Assembly (NCBI RefSeq): GCF_964188315.1
Contig: NC_135662.1
Coordinates: 30,690,001-30,754,000 of the forward strand
Source: Podarcis muralis
Taxonomy: Eukaryota
Length of the DNA stretch: 64,000 nt
Direction of reading: 5' to 3'
Made by a program: the position numbers and the translations under genes. Positions 50,411-62,260 of the stretch are shown here, one piece after another. The first letter of the stretch is position 1, and each line of letters begins with the position of its first letter. The notes beneath the pieces are model-generated. The model did not search any database, was not told the origin of the DNA, and saw nothing but the letters and a program-made list of their open reading frames with translations.

Positions 50411-53334
50411 AATAACCATTATATATGATATAGTTTCAAGCATATGGTCTGAACTTTGGAACAAGTTCAGACATGTTCATCCTGGTTGGTTACACGGCTG
50501 GAAAAAGGTACAGAAAAGAAATAGAAGCAGCTTCACTTCATCCCTCATGGAGCTGACGGGGTGTGACTTTTCTGAGTCTAGGAACAGAATACCACCTTAT
50601 TAAGTGAAGCATTGACCAGTCACTGAAACTGTCCTACCCAGTTGATTTTCATTAGCTAAAATGGACAGGGATTCCAGAGGTTAGGGTTGACCTCTCCAAG
50701 TACCCTCAGGCTGCAACAAAATCAAAATCCAAAATCAAAACAAGGTGGTGTCCTGAACATCTTTACCAGACTTACATCATATGTACCATCAAGTGATACA
50801 TATGTACCTCTCAGTGTCTTGCAAAATCACACTACAGGAGAATGGAAAGATGTTCCTGAGGTTGGCTTTTTACTCAATAGAGAACTGTTGGACGGCTAAT
50901 TCAAGACGCAATGATATCAGAAAAGAAAGTATCCAGGGAAGGAGCATCATAATCAGTCTCCACTCCTTCAGGGGGTAATTGCCACCAGCATGCCAGCTTT
51001 TGCCAATAACTCATTTATCCATCAGTAACAATGGGGGAACACATCATTGGATTGTTCCAAATCATCCTTGGGTAAAAAAACTGGGGGTATGACTAGAATG
51101 AAGGATGGCAAACCCTCCTCTGCCCACTCCAGTTCTTAGGTCTAGACTGGTGCTGTACAGAATACTTAGATAAGGAAGTCTGGGTGAAACTAGGGCTTTG
51201 CAGCTCGCCTGCTTGGGCTTTGGTGATGCATATAAGACAAGCCTGCTTATCTATAATCAAATCTTATATGAGCAAGGTCTTGTTTGAAACTGACTTTGCA
51301 TCAAGCATCAGCACCACCAGACCAGATGGCAAGCTTGCATGACTGCCCAAGTCTAAGAGAAGTACGTATCATCTAAAATAGGGGTGAGAAACCTCTGGCT
51401 CTCTTATGTTGCTGGACTACAACTCCCATCTTCTCTAACCATTGGACATAATGGTTGGAGTCAATGACAACTGGAGTCCAAAAACATCTCGAGGGACCAA
51501 AGGTTCCCCATACCTCATCTAAAAACAAACAAAAATCTTGTTCTTTAGAATGGCTTTTCTTACATGTGCATCTTTAATTGAATCATTAATTAAACCATTA
51601 ATTATCAAAATTTAGTAAGATTCATTTTCTAAGTTTTTGATGAATAATAGCTCTAATTATTTATAGGAATACCAAGGCCAGAAGATTGGTACCTTTTCCT
51701 GGATCAAATTCCGAAAATTCGTCTTCTGTTTGTACAACCAGCTAATTACTGAAAGTGAAATATCACCTTTAAAAAGATGGCATTACAATATGCCAGTACA
51801 ATGCAAATGCAGGAACAGTTCTGAAGACAATGAACCCAATTGGTATTAAGATTGTCAGTGAGTCGAGTTCTGCCTCAAGAAAATACAGATGTCAGGTGGC
51901 TTGTTCCTTCGGGTATCTGGTGACCTCCATGCTACTGAGTAAAAAGTCAACAGCTGCTTCAAGTACCACTTGTAAAGATGATGGACATTGATTAAATCCC
52001 TTTGGGAGTCTAGCAGCTAAAATAGCCTTGTGCAGAAAGAAGTAATCTTTGCCTAAGAAATCACAAATTGTCTGGGACTATTAACTAGCAATGTTACATA
52101 GATACATTACTGTTCATTTACACTGTATAATTTGAAGAAACTGGGGAATTAGTCATCTTGTGCTGTGCTGGAGAATTAAGAACTAACGGAAAGGAATCTG
52201 TTGAAGCAAAACATATTGCTAAGGTTTCAAAGGATTTTGGTAATGCAGTTGAGATCACTTCTTTCACTTAAAAATAGTTGTTAGGAATTAATAGATCCAT
52301 CTTCACTGGTGACTGGCAAAACCTCAAGGCAGGATGATGCAATCAAGAATATTGTAGACGAATGTATGCGATGGGATGGTTTTGCCATTCCACCATGAGA
52401 CCTGTCAATGATGGAGTTATGTCTGTACAGAACTATAAAAAACAAACAAACTTGGGCCTCACTTACATTTAACTACAGTCCATCATTAAATGCCTGTAAA
52501 AACTGACAGCACTAACTAAGGGATTTGTATAAAGAATCTTTCATACAGATAACACTGTGGCTTGACGTGTTATGGAAAGAATGTTTGATCAATGCGTGCA
52601 TGCATGAATGCCTGAAGGTGGAAAAGAATGCCTTAGGATAGTCAAAAGAAAAGCTGGATAATAATTTGGACAAGATGTTTCTCAAGGACTGACTACCAGC
52701 AGTGTAATCAGCTGCTGGCCGGAGAACACGCTAAGCGGGGATCACACAAAGCAAAGTGGCAACATCAGCAGAAGGTAGTCAAAGTGGAGGACATGATGTG
52801 ATATAATGTGTCATAGTTCTGGAGTTGTGGGCAAAGATTTTATCATATTTCAACATCTGTACAATGCAAAATAGTCTTATGCAGCTGATGGAAAATATCA
52901 GATACTCGCCTCTCTGTTAATATTAATGACAAGAAATAATAAATCAGAGCATCTGAATCATATGGAACACATAAGTTAAGACTGGTAGTTACCAGTATGT
53001 ATGTAATGACACAGAGTGGTATCTGACTAAGGCAAACTCAGAGTAGACTCATTGAATTAAATGGGTCTTAAGTGGACTTAAATTAGCCTTTAGCAGCTGA
53101 AATCCATTTATTTCAATGGATCTATTCTGAATATGACTTAGATACCACCTGATATCACTGTAATACAGTACTGTCATGTTTTTCAGTAGGGTGATTTGTT
53201 GCCTTAGCTCCTAGCTAGTTTGTTTGGCTGTGGAAAGCTGCTGGAGTGAAACTAAGCAAAAAAAACAAAAAACAGAAACTGGACATATGCGTACAACTTT
53301 TGGGCTATGAGATAGGGTATTCTAGATCATCTGA

Positions 53335-53700
53335 GGGATGCGGATGGCGCTGTGGTCTAAACCACTGAGCCTCTTGGGCTTGCCGAACAGAAGGTCAGCG
53401 GTTCGAATCCCTGACATGGGGTGAGCTCCCGTTGCTCGGTCCCAGCTCCTGCCAACATAGCAGTTTGAAAGCATCCCAAAAATGCAAGTAGATAAATAGG
53501 TACTGCTCCGGTGGGAAGGTAAACGATGTTTTTGTGCACTGCTCTGGTTTCACCAGAAGCTGCTCAGTCATGCTGGCCACATGACCCGGAAAAACTGTCT
53601 GCAGACAAACGTCAGCTCCCTCGGCCTGTAAAGCAAGATGAGCGCCGCAACCCCAGAGTCATCTGCAACTGGACTTAACTGTCAGGGGTCCTTTACCTTT
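53335..53700 (+). mobile_element. Sauria SINE, full length
   Basis: GGGATGCGGATGGCGCTGTGG head, GGTTCGAATCC B box, CTTTACCTTT tail. TSD TATTCTAGATCAT at 53318-53330 and 53700-53712. Confidence 0.92.
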
Positions 53701-55603
53701 ATTCTAGATCATGGATGTCAGATGCAATTTGATAACTAAGGGCTTGGTCTCCCATGCACTTAAATGATTTAGCTCTCCATAACTCACAACTGGATGTGTC
53801 AACTGAGTAAATTGAAAAGTATTGAATCTTTCACCCATCATGCCTAATTCACACAACTACCACTTGATTCCACTTTCAGGTGATGCTTGATGTACATGTG
53901 ACCTAGCCTACTGTTGAAGTCGGATATATACATTGCATATACAGGAAGGTTGAAAAAAGATATGCCCATTTAATGCAGCCTGTTTATACTAATTTTATGA
54001 ATTTCCATGGACAGGTAAATGTTCCTAATCAGAATGCAGCCATGGCTTGTGTTTTTGGGACTGGTTGATAAACACCACCATAACTATGTACACCTTGTCA
54101 GGAATTTAGCCTATGAAATTGCATTCTATTCCTTTTACAGAATGCTTAATTAATACAATCATACATACCTGAAGACTTTACTGACTCACGAATGTTGATA
54201 GGCATACTCTTAGATGAAACAATATATGAGACAATTGTGTATCTGACTGCACCTTTGGCAGGGGGGGCTTTTTAGGTAACACAACAATGAATCTGTGACT
54301 TTTATATTAAAAACATATTAATTCAAACATCTCTGTTAAGAGTTGCAAAATAAATGCATGATGTATATTTTTTAATGGGAATGACACAATCTGCATGCAT
54401 GGTCAACATAAAAGACAATTCCAGCCCTTTATGTTTATGAGAACACAGAATCACAGGCTTTGGGTGACAGCTAATTTCCTCTAGTTTCTTTATGCCCTCT
54501 GGCTATTAATGCACACTGATCTTCAAGTATTATTGGGGGGAAATAAGCATAAACATAAAAAGAACAAAGAGAAAGCCATCAGTTTTACGCTAATTTTAAG
54601 AAGATAATTTGGAAGACTGTACTTTGGTTGAAGAATATATAGATCATAATGGTGGCCTAAAAATTATGTATGGAAAATTGCTTGTTATCACACGCAAAAC
54701 TGTTATCAAGTACAGATGTTCTTTCTGAGCAAAAAAAAAAAAAGTCCACTTTTCTCATATTTAAGCAAACCATATGGGATTCATTTTCATCATTTCAATG
54801 CTTTTTAGACATTTTGAACAAATGCTTTAGGAGTCTGGTATGCGAATGTTAAAAAGTCTCTAATGTACTTTTATTCTTTGGTATTAAAAGGCTACAAGGC
54901 AATAATTTAGGAACTTAATACTGACTGGATTAACTAGAAACTGAAGACTAGTAAAACTGAAAAGAACAAAATCTTGTTTCTTAGTTTTGTAAACATAGCC
55001 AAATTATTCCTTATATTATGGGCAAAGTTAACAAATTTTAGGGCCAAAGTTTAAAGAGCTCTGTTTCAGAGATAACCTCATTCATTATTTTCTAGTCAAA
55101 CATCCATTGGGTTTCTGCCGTTGCGTATCCAAGTTTTCCAGATGCTACATTAGCATTAATGCGTGTACACCAACCAAATATTTTTCTTCTAAGTCTTTCA
55201 ATTTCATTAAACTTCCAGAAATCCTGACTGATTCTTGTCCAAACAACCACCCAGCATCTAGACTCTAAAAGAGGTGAACTGACCTTCAGAATGTGGAACA
55301 ATGCCGAACAAAACGAGGAAGGGGAAAGGTGGAGGACAGATGTTTCCGATTTAGTCAGTGCTCAATATTCCATACCTCTTAATATCTTTAGGATGTATCC
55401 AGCAAATTTACACCCCACCCTTTTCTTGGTGGAACCATCTGGATGCATTTTACTAAACTTGTCCTACAGGCATCCCGAGCATGGCTCATTTTATGCAGTC
55501 ATGCTCGGTGCTTGTGGCACCTATAATTTGAATGATATGGGATAATCTGTAAGGATTATTGGGAACAGAGGCTCCTGCCCTAGCAGTAGATATTACGCTA
55601 AAT

Positions 55604-55739
55604 CAGTGTTTCCCAACCTTGTGCCTCCAGATGTTTTTGGCCTACAACTCCCATCATCCCTGACTAGCAAGACCAGTGGCAAGGGATGATGGGAATTGTA
55701 GGCCAAAAACAGCTGGAGGCACAAGGTTGGGAAACACTG
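55604..55739. mobile_element. Near-perfectly palindromic 136-bp hAT MITE
   Basis: CAGTGTTTCCCAACCTTGTGCCTCCAG ... CTGGAGGCACAAGGTTGGGAAACACTG. 8-bp TSD CGCTAAAT / GGCTAAAT. Degenerate relatives at about 26400-26535, 40232-40345, 51380-51515 and 58490-58590. Confidence 0.9.
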
Positions 55740-56770
55740 GGCTAAATAACGTAATTCCCTGCCAGACCCACAGAACTAGGATGAGCTCCTAGCTCGTGAC
55801 AATGCTGATATTTATGCCTGTGTACAGAGGCTAACCTTGTCTTTTAGTATGTGAACATTCAACAACAAGCATGCACTTGGTTCTTTTCTGAGGTAAATTC
55901 TTATTTTGTCAAATCTCAAAGGTAGGTACATCACACAGAAGCTGGGGAAAATAGCTTTAGAAAGCAATGGACGAGGAAGCTACTTAAAAGAAGAACATTC
56001 TGAGGGATCAAGCCACCTCAGAATTGCAATTTGAAAATGTTAAAAATTTAAAAAGCTAAATTTGAAATCTATGCAGGACTGATCCTCTTCCTAGCCCTAG
56101 CCTGGGATTCTATCTATATGTGGAGCAGGAAAGCAGGGCTGTCCAGTGGGGCTACAGTGGCGCTACAAACCTTACCTGAGGAGGTTGCAGGAAGCTGCTG
56201 TTGTGAAATATGGGTTTCCTCTTTGTAAAGAACTTGCTTAATAATAGCCTTGGCTGGTTAGGTAGTTTGCTAGGCAAAGGTATTGGCTACCACAATGTGG
56301 TGATGGAGGAAGGAGGAGCCTTCCTGTTGTTGCCATTAGCAGCAGTGAAGATATGAGGTGCAACACTCAGCACTGTAATGCTTGGTTGCTGAATGTCACT
56401 GCAGCATGAGTTTGGGCTACTGGTATCAATGGGGTGATCATCCAGAGACTGTTGCACTCCATGCCTCCACCATATCTTCCTAGTGCCTAACAGTAGTGTC
56501 AGCCAAGCCACTTCACCTCAGTCACGACACTGTGGCAGATAGTGATTTCACCTAACAAAGAACCACTTTAGCCAATGCTATTAATAGGTTTTGGGGGGAG
56601 AAATTTGATCCAGTCCACATTTCTAGTTGAATATACCTAATTTGTACAAAACAGTACACAAACCAAAACACCTCCATCCTTTGAAATTCACATTCTCCAT
56701 ATGTTCTCCAGACAAGTAAGAGGTACAAAAATGTGTCTACTAGGGTAAAGTCTCCATAAAAATGCATTTA

Positions 56771-57025
56771 CAGTGGACGCTCGGGTTGCGAACATGATCC
56801 ATGCGGGAGGCACGTTCACAACCCGCAGTGTTCGCAACCCACGAGCCGCTCATCTGCGCATGTGCGGGTTGTGATTCGGCGCTTCTGCGCATGCGCAAAG
56901 CACGATTTAGCACTTCTGCACAAGCGCCGAAACCCGGAAGTAACCGTTCTGGTACTTCCAGGTTCAGCACGGTGCGCAACCCAAAATTATGCAACCCAAA
57001 GTGTCTGTAACCCGAGGCATGGCTG
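56771..57025. mobile_element. Tigger/pogo-like MITE, second family
   Basis: TA|CAGTGGACGCTCGGGTTGC ... TAACCCGAGGCATGGCTG|TA, with a CpG-rich interior. Confidence 0.8.
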
Positions 57026-57134
57026 TATTATTAAAGATCAGCATATAAGATGCATTATATTAGGGGAGACCCTTTACTACAATGTGTATATCAGGCAAAA
57101 TTTCACAAAACTTTGTGTATATATGTTGGCATCC

Positions 57135-57470
57135 ATCTGTCTCGAGAGGCAATGGAGTGTGCCTTCAGGGGTGAAGCCAAACCACTGCATTAGCAGCATT
57201 GAAGTGACCTCCCCCAAGGCACAAGCTTGGGCAGTGTGTACGGAGGTCCTGAGCTGCCCAGACAACAAGACCCCCCTCCACACACACACACACAGCAGCC
57301 TCCCTGAAGTGGTCCAAAGGAAAGCAGAACAATATGTTTGGCACCAGCTTGGCTGCTGGAGTTGCTAGAAGGAGGCATACAAGTCACCATCTGACCCTCT
57401 TAGGGACTCCACTCCAGATTTGTGAAGGGTTTACTTAGCCGTTTCTTCTCTCGAAGATAGCCCGCAAGGA
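57135..57470 (+). mobile_element. Unclassified interspersed repeat (same family as 34560)
   Basis: See 34560. Confidence 0.7.
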
Positions 57471-57812
57471 TGTCTCATGTTATTCCCTTTTTTAAATTCA
57501 AAAGGCCTAAGCACACAAGTCCTTGCAGAATTGTGAGACCAGCAATAACATCACTTATGATTACATGGTATACAGTTGTGGTTTCTGTGTCTTTGGCATC
57601 CTACATCACCACCAGGGCACAAAGCTATTTTTTTCCATGATATGGATATATTTAATCAAGACTGTTACACAGAAATACTGTGTAAGCTCTCTGGCCATTT
57701 TTAAACACTGCAAACTCTAATATATACATTATATAGGAGGAAATGCCACAATGATTTTTTCCACATTAAGGACAAAAGGAATGTAAAATGTCATTGAATA
57801 AACCCCAGAAGC

Positions 57813-58020
57813 CAGGAGCCTGGTTGGCTTACAAGCTTCGTAATCGGATACAGAGCTTTTCACCTCGAAGTCATTGGTGCAAATCCAGATCCATTTAATC
57901 ATGTCCAAACATTTTTCCTATCTAGTGGTTTTTTGATGGTCTGTATGTTAAAATGGCTGCTCACAGGCTGGAGCCTAGTGAACAGCTGACCACATTATAA
58001 ACAATAACTGCTAATTTCCA
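57813..58020 (+). mobile_element. LF-SINE (LFSINE_Vert) relic, 5' ~200 bp
   Basis: 57840-57888 GTAATCGGATACAGAGCTTTTCACCTCGAAGTCATTGGTGCAAATCCAG differs at about 6 of 49 positions from my recalled LF-SINE consensus. Downstream CCTAGTGAACAGCTGACCACATTATAAAC parallels CCTAGTGGACAGGTGTCCACATCACAAAAC. Confidence 0.78.
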
Positions 58021-58671
58021 GGGTAAGCAATTGACCAATAGCTGAAGAGAAACCAATATACTTTTGTTTTGTTTTTTCAGTGCCTATAGCCAGCCATTTC
58101 AAATCAGGCTTGAAGTAATACTTCTAAGGCAAGTTGCTGAATATTTGACTGTTGCTTTTTAAAAAAAATAAAAATCCACTGCAGTTAAACAGTACTTTTG
58201 TCACTAGTGATGTCAACCTGACTCACATCCCTAGCATTAAATCAATTCTATTTTTAAAACAACAACCCAATTCTCCTGTTATGCTTACATTGTTGGCATA
58301 TTGAGAAAAATAACTGAATTTGATCTTAGCTGAAATGCGTCAGCACTGGCAGAACCCACATTTTAAAGCTTTGCAAGTATATTATGTCTTCTTGACTGCC
58401 TGTTTTGGATTTTGTATCTTTGCTTGAACAATTTCCGCAGGCATGATCTGAAGTTATGCTTCTTTGGACAGAAAATAAAATCAATTTTCTGAAGCAGAGA
58501 TGGGGAATCTGTGGCCCTTCAAACAGTTGTTGGACTGCAACTCCCATTATTCCTGACTAGCAGCCATGCTGACATGAGGTTCCCCATCCCTGTAGCAAAG
58601 GAAACATCAGCATGAATGCTATTGTACACGAGTCTTTGTTGATGTATATTATGAAATAGTAGTTTAGAATT

Positions 58672-59002
58672 GAGAGTCCCATGGACTGCAAGAAGATCAA
58701 ACCTATCCATTCTGAAGGGAATCAGCCCTGAGTGCTCACTGGAAGGACAGATCCTGAAGCTGAGGTTCCAATACTTTGGCCACCTCATGAGAAGAAAAGA
58801 CTCCCTGGAAAAGACCCTGATGCTGGGCAAGATTGAGGGCACAAGGAGAAGGGGACGAGAGAGGATGAGATGGTTGGACAGTGTTCTCGAAGCTATATGA
58901 GTTTGACCAAACTGTAGGAGGCAGTTGAAGACAGGAATGCCTGGTGTCCATGGGGTCACGAAGAGTCGGACATGACTAAATGACTAAACAACAACAACAA
59001 CA
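58672..59002 (+). mobile_element. Bov-B (RTE clade) LINE 3' fragment
   Basis: Encodes RVPWTARRSNLSILKGISPECSLEGQILKLRLQYFGHLMRR. (CAA)n tail. 11-bp TSD AGTTTAGAATT at 58661-58671 and 59003-59013. Confidence 0.93.
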
Positions 59003-59189
59003 AGTTTAGAATTAGAGAAACTTCCTGATATAGACTGAACCAGGAAAGTAGGTATTTGGATAAGAATCTTGGGCCTATTTCTCACTGAAGAGGGAAAGCT
59101 GACTATTCCAGTTCAAGCAGCTATTTTTACATTTCAGTTCTAGACATGTCTTTCCCCTATCTCTCTCAAGGTTGTTAATGCCCTCTCTC

Positions 59190-59620
59190 ACTTCATGGAG
59201 CCTGCTTGGCTATCTACTATACTCCAGAGCTTAGGATGATGAAACAAACTGGGAGATGGCATGAACGCAAGTGGAGGAAAAGTTCTGAACACTGGTGAGG
59301 GCTCATTATCAACCCTACCTAGTGGCAGTGAAGACAGCAAAGAAGGCATACTTTGCTGCCTCCATAGCATCCTCACTATGTCGTCCAGCAGAGCTCTTCC
59401 AGGCTGGCCCAAAGGAGGTGGTGGAACCAATGGTAGCTCTCTGTGACTTGTTTGAGGATAAAATTGGTTGCACCCCCTTGGTTGAGGATAAAATTGCTTG
59501 CATCCACTGGGATGTCGACTCTGTTGTTATAACAGATTAATCTCATGGGGTGTCCAGAGCCCTGTCTAGTCCTGTTGTGTTGGATGAGCTTCAGTCAGTA
59601 AGGCTCAAGGATGTGCCCAC
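59190..59620 (+). mobile_element. Degenerate L2 LINE ORF2 fragment (EN-RT linker)
   Basis: Frameshifted translation TPELRMMKQTGRWHERKWRK...YLVAVKTAKKAYFAASIASS...PAELF, typical of L2 ORF2. Confidence 0.72.
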
Positions 59621-62029
59621 CTATAATACTATTTTGGCAGCATTACAGTTGCAATATTTTTCTAATTGGTTGGCTGGCTGTTCATGAGGCATGTTTCTTA
59701 CTCTCCAAAGGTCAGAATCAGAGGTTAGTTTCTCCCAATAACTGAACTAACAATTTACATGTTTAAAGGTCATTTATATGATGCAGGTACTGCTCCGTCA
59801 TACTGGTTGCTCAAGTCAGGAGGACTTAGGAGGACTGTAAGTTACATACCCATTACAAAAAAAAGTCTATTTCAGCAGTCAGTGAACATGCACCAATACA
59901 GCAGCTGCCTACTGGCTCTCTGACTACCTACGTCTGTGGAATGTAGATTGTGCTGGCAGAAAACAGGCCCACAAGACATTCCTAGTTTAATATACAAGCG
60001 GATGACCACTTTGGGGGACAAAGGCATACATTTGCAGAATTCCTGATATTGAACTTGGATGGCAGCACTATTTATAACCCTCATTTTAAGAAGAAACTCT
60101 TCTTAAAGAGTTCTTTACTCGCCTTATAATTACATCCTCGGTGTGTGTACAATCTTTTTGAAGGTAGTTGTGTAGTTGTCAGTGGTTGAACACCCTTGAT
60201 GACAGTCATTACACATCACTGCATTTAACGTTATTAATCCTAATTATGATACTTTATGCTATAGGAGGAAAGTGAAATAGGATGTGATGACTCACTTCTT
60301 TAGTTCTTATACAACAGATTCTAAGCCACAAGACAAGGATGAACCTGTATTATATATTAGTTCAAGCCTTTTCTTACATGGATCTGCCACATTTCAACCC
60401 ACTCTAATTTTGCTTCAACCCACCAGTTACTACAAATAGCTTCCTGCTGCTCTCTTCATGCGTTCAAAAGAATGCATAAAGTGTGTATGCATAAAGCGTG
60501 TAGGAAGTGGGCACATTCATGGAATGATGGTCCGCCCCCCCCCCCCGCCTCTGGCAGTGGTGTATCATGGGTTGCCAGTGCCTAGGGCCGCATGGAGGCA
60601 GTGGGAGGGAGGGAGGGAAACAGATGGAGTATGCACGTGCACTCAACTGCCTAACGGCATCTGTGTCACCCAGGAGATCTCAGGCACAGAGATAAGAAAA
60701 GAAGAGTCGTTCCATTGTCTGGAGAGGTCATTTCCTGTTTTGCATTGGGGAAGCCATTTTGAGCGGAGCCCAGCAACAGAAGCACGCAGCTGTATTGAGG
60801 CAGCAGCGGGTGTTGAAACTTCACAACCCTACAATTTTGCACCCAGGGAAACCACCCCATGCTACGAAACTGGCCTCTGGATATACCAGGAACACTTGCT
60901 CTTCCCCCAATATTTTGATGCTGAGTGAGTTAGTTTGAAAGGGGCTCGAAGAGCATTCCAATGAAGGTGCTTAGGTTGGGGGAGGGGTAGAGCAGGAAGG
61001 AGTGGGGATGTTAGGGAAGCAACCGGCACATCCATGCCGCCTTGCCCTACACACTTTATGCCCACATGTGCTCTTTGAAAACATGAATATGGTGTGCATC
61101 TTTAAGCAATGTGATGTCATATTAAGGAGCATTTTGTTATACTTAACAGGTTATCTTGGAATAATGATTACTTTATATTATTTAATACCTCTAATCTACA
61201 AATGATCCATGTATTCTCCACTACTGGTTTTCTTATCATATATCTATTGTCTTGTTGGCCAGGGCATTAAAAAAAAAATCCTAATACTGTGGCCTAGTAC
61301 CAAAAATATATTGCTTTGCATTCAATTGCAATATTTCTCCTGAGGCCAAAACATTATTTTCATAAAAAATAATGCTATGCAAAGTAACAGGAAACATACT
61401 GTGAATAATGTCTTACATATGAAACTCTCAGCACTGTTGCTGAAATATTGGTTGAGCACGTGCAAGCTTTAATAGCCACACAAAAAGAAGAGCTAGTTTG
61501 TGCGTTATTATGAATGAGTGGAGAGCTTTCTCTTTTAAAATGAACACATTAATATGATACCATTTAAAATATTTTGTAAGTATTTCATTGTGTCCCTGGC
61601 GGCTTGGGGGCTTAGGGGCAAGTATGACAAGAAGCTAGCCTTCCTATGAACCATTTCTAGTTGTTGAATAATGATGAAACAATGGATTCTACAAAGAGTG
61701 GCTCTTCCAGATGTCTGTCTCCTTCCATTAACCTACCTATTGCCAATGGACGCTGCCTCTCAATCCTGCATTCTAGGAACTTTGATGACTTTCATACATC
61801 TATATCTGTATGTTCTGGCAGCAGAAATAATCATTTTGTGGTGAATTGGGGCGATGTTAGGGGCCATGGGAGCCTGGTATAAGGAAACCTTCAAGTGCAG
61901 ACTATGCTACAGGCATTAGCTCTCAGTGAGAGGAATACCTTTACTGTGTTCAGCGGTGACTAGGTGGACTTCTTCATGAAAATCAGTCATCTTACTAAAC
62001 CTTCTTCCTAAGCTTTGGTAGCCTTTTTA

Positions 62030-62260
62030 GCCACCTCATCAAACCACAACAGTGGTACATGTGTTGTCATGGTCACCTTGACCAGAATGCTTTGCTCTGA
62101 GAAAGGATCCCTTGGAGGGAGGTTGGGAAAGTGCAACATTGCTCGTTCTTCTTTTGATTCTGTTGACCATGGTGTCTTTCTGGGGCAGCTCCGGGAGGTG
62201 GGGTGGGACACATGGTGTTGCACTGGTTCTGTTCCTATCTTCAAGACCATCTCCAACATA
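62030..62260 (+). mobile_element. Degenerate L2 reverse transcriptase fragment
   Basis: SFDSVDHGVFLGQLREVG...VLHWFCSYL resembles the RT motif AFDTVDH-LL--L--G...L-WF-SYL. Confidence 0.72.
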
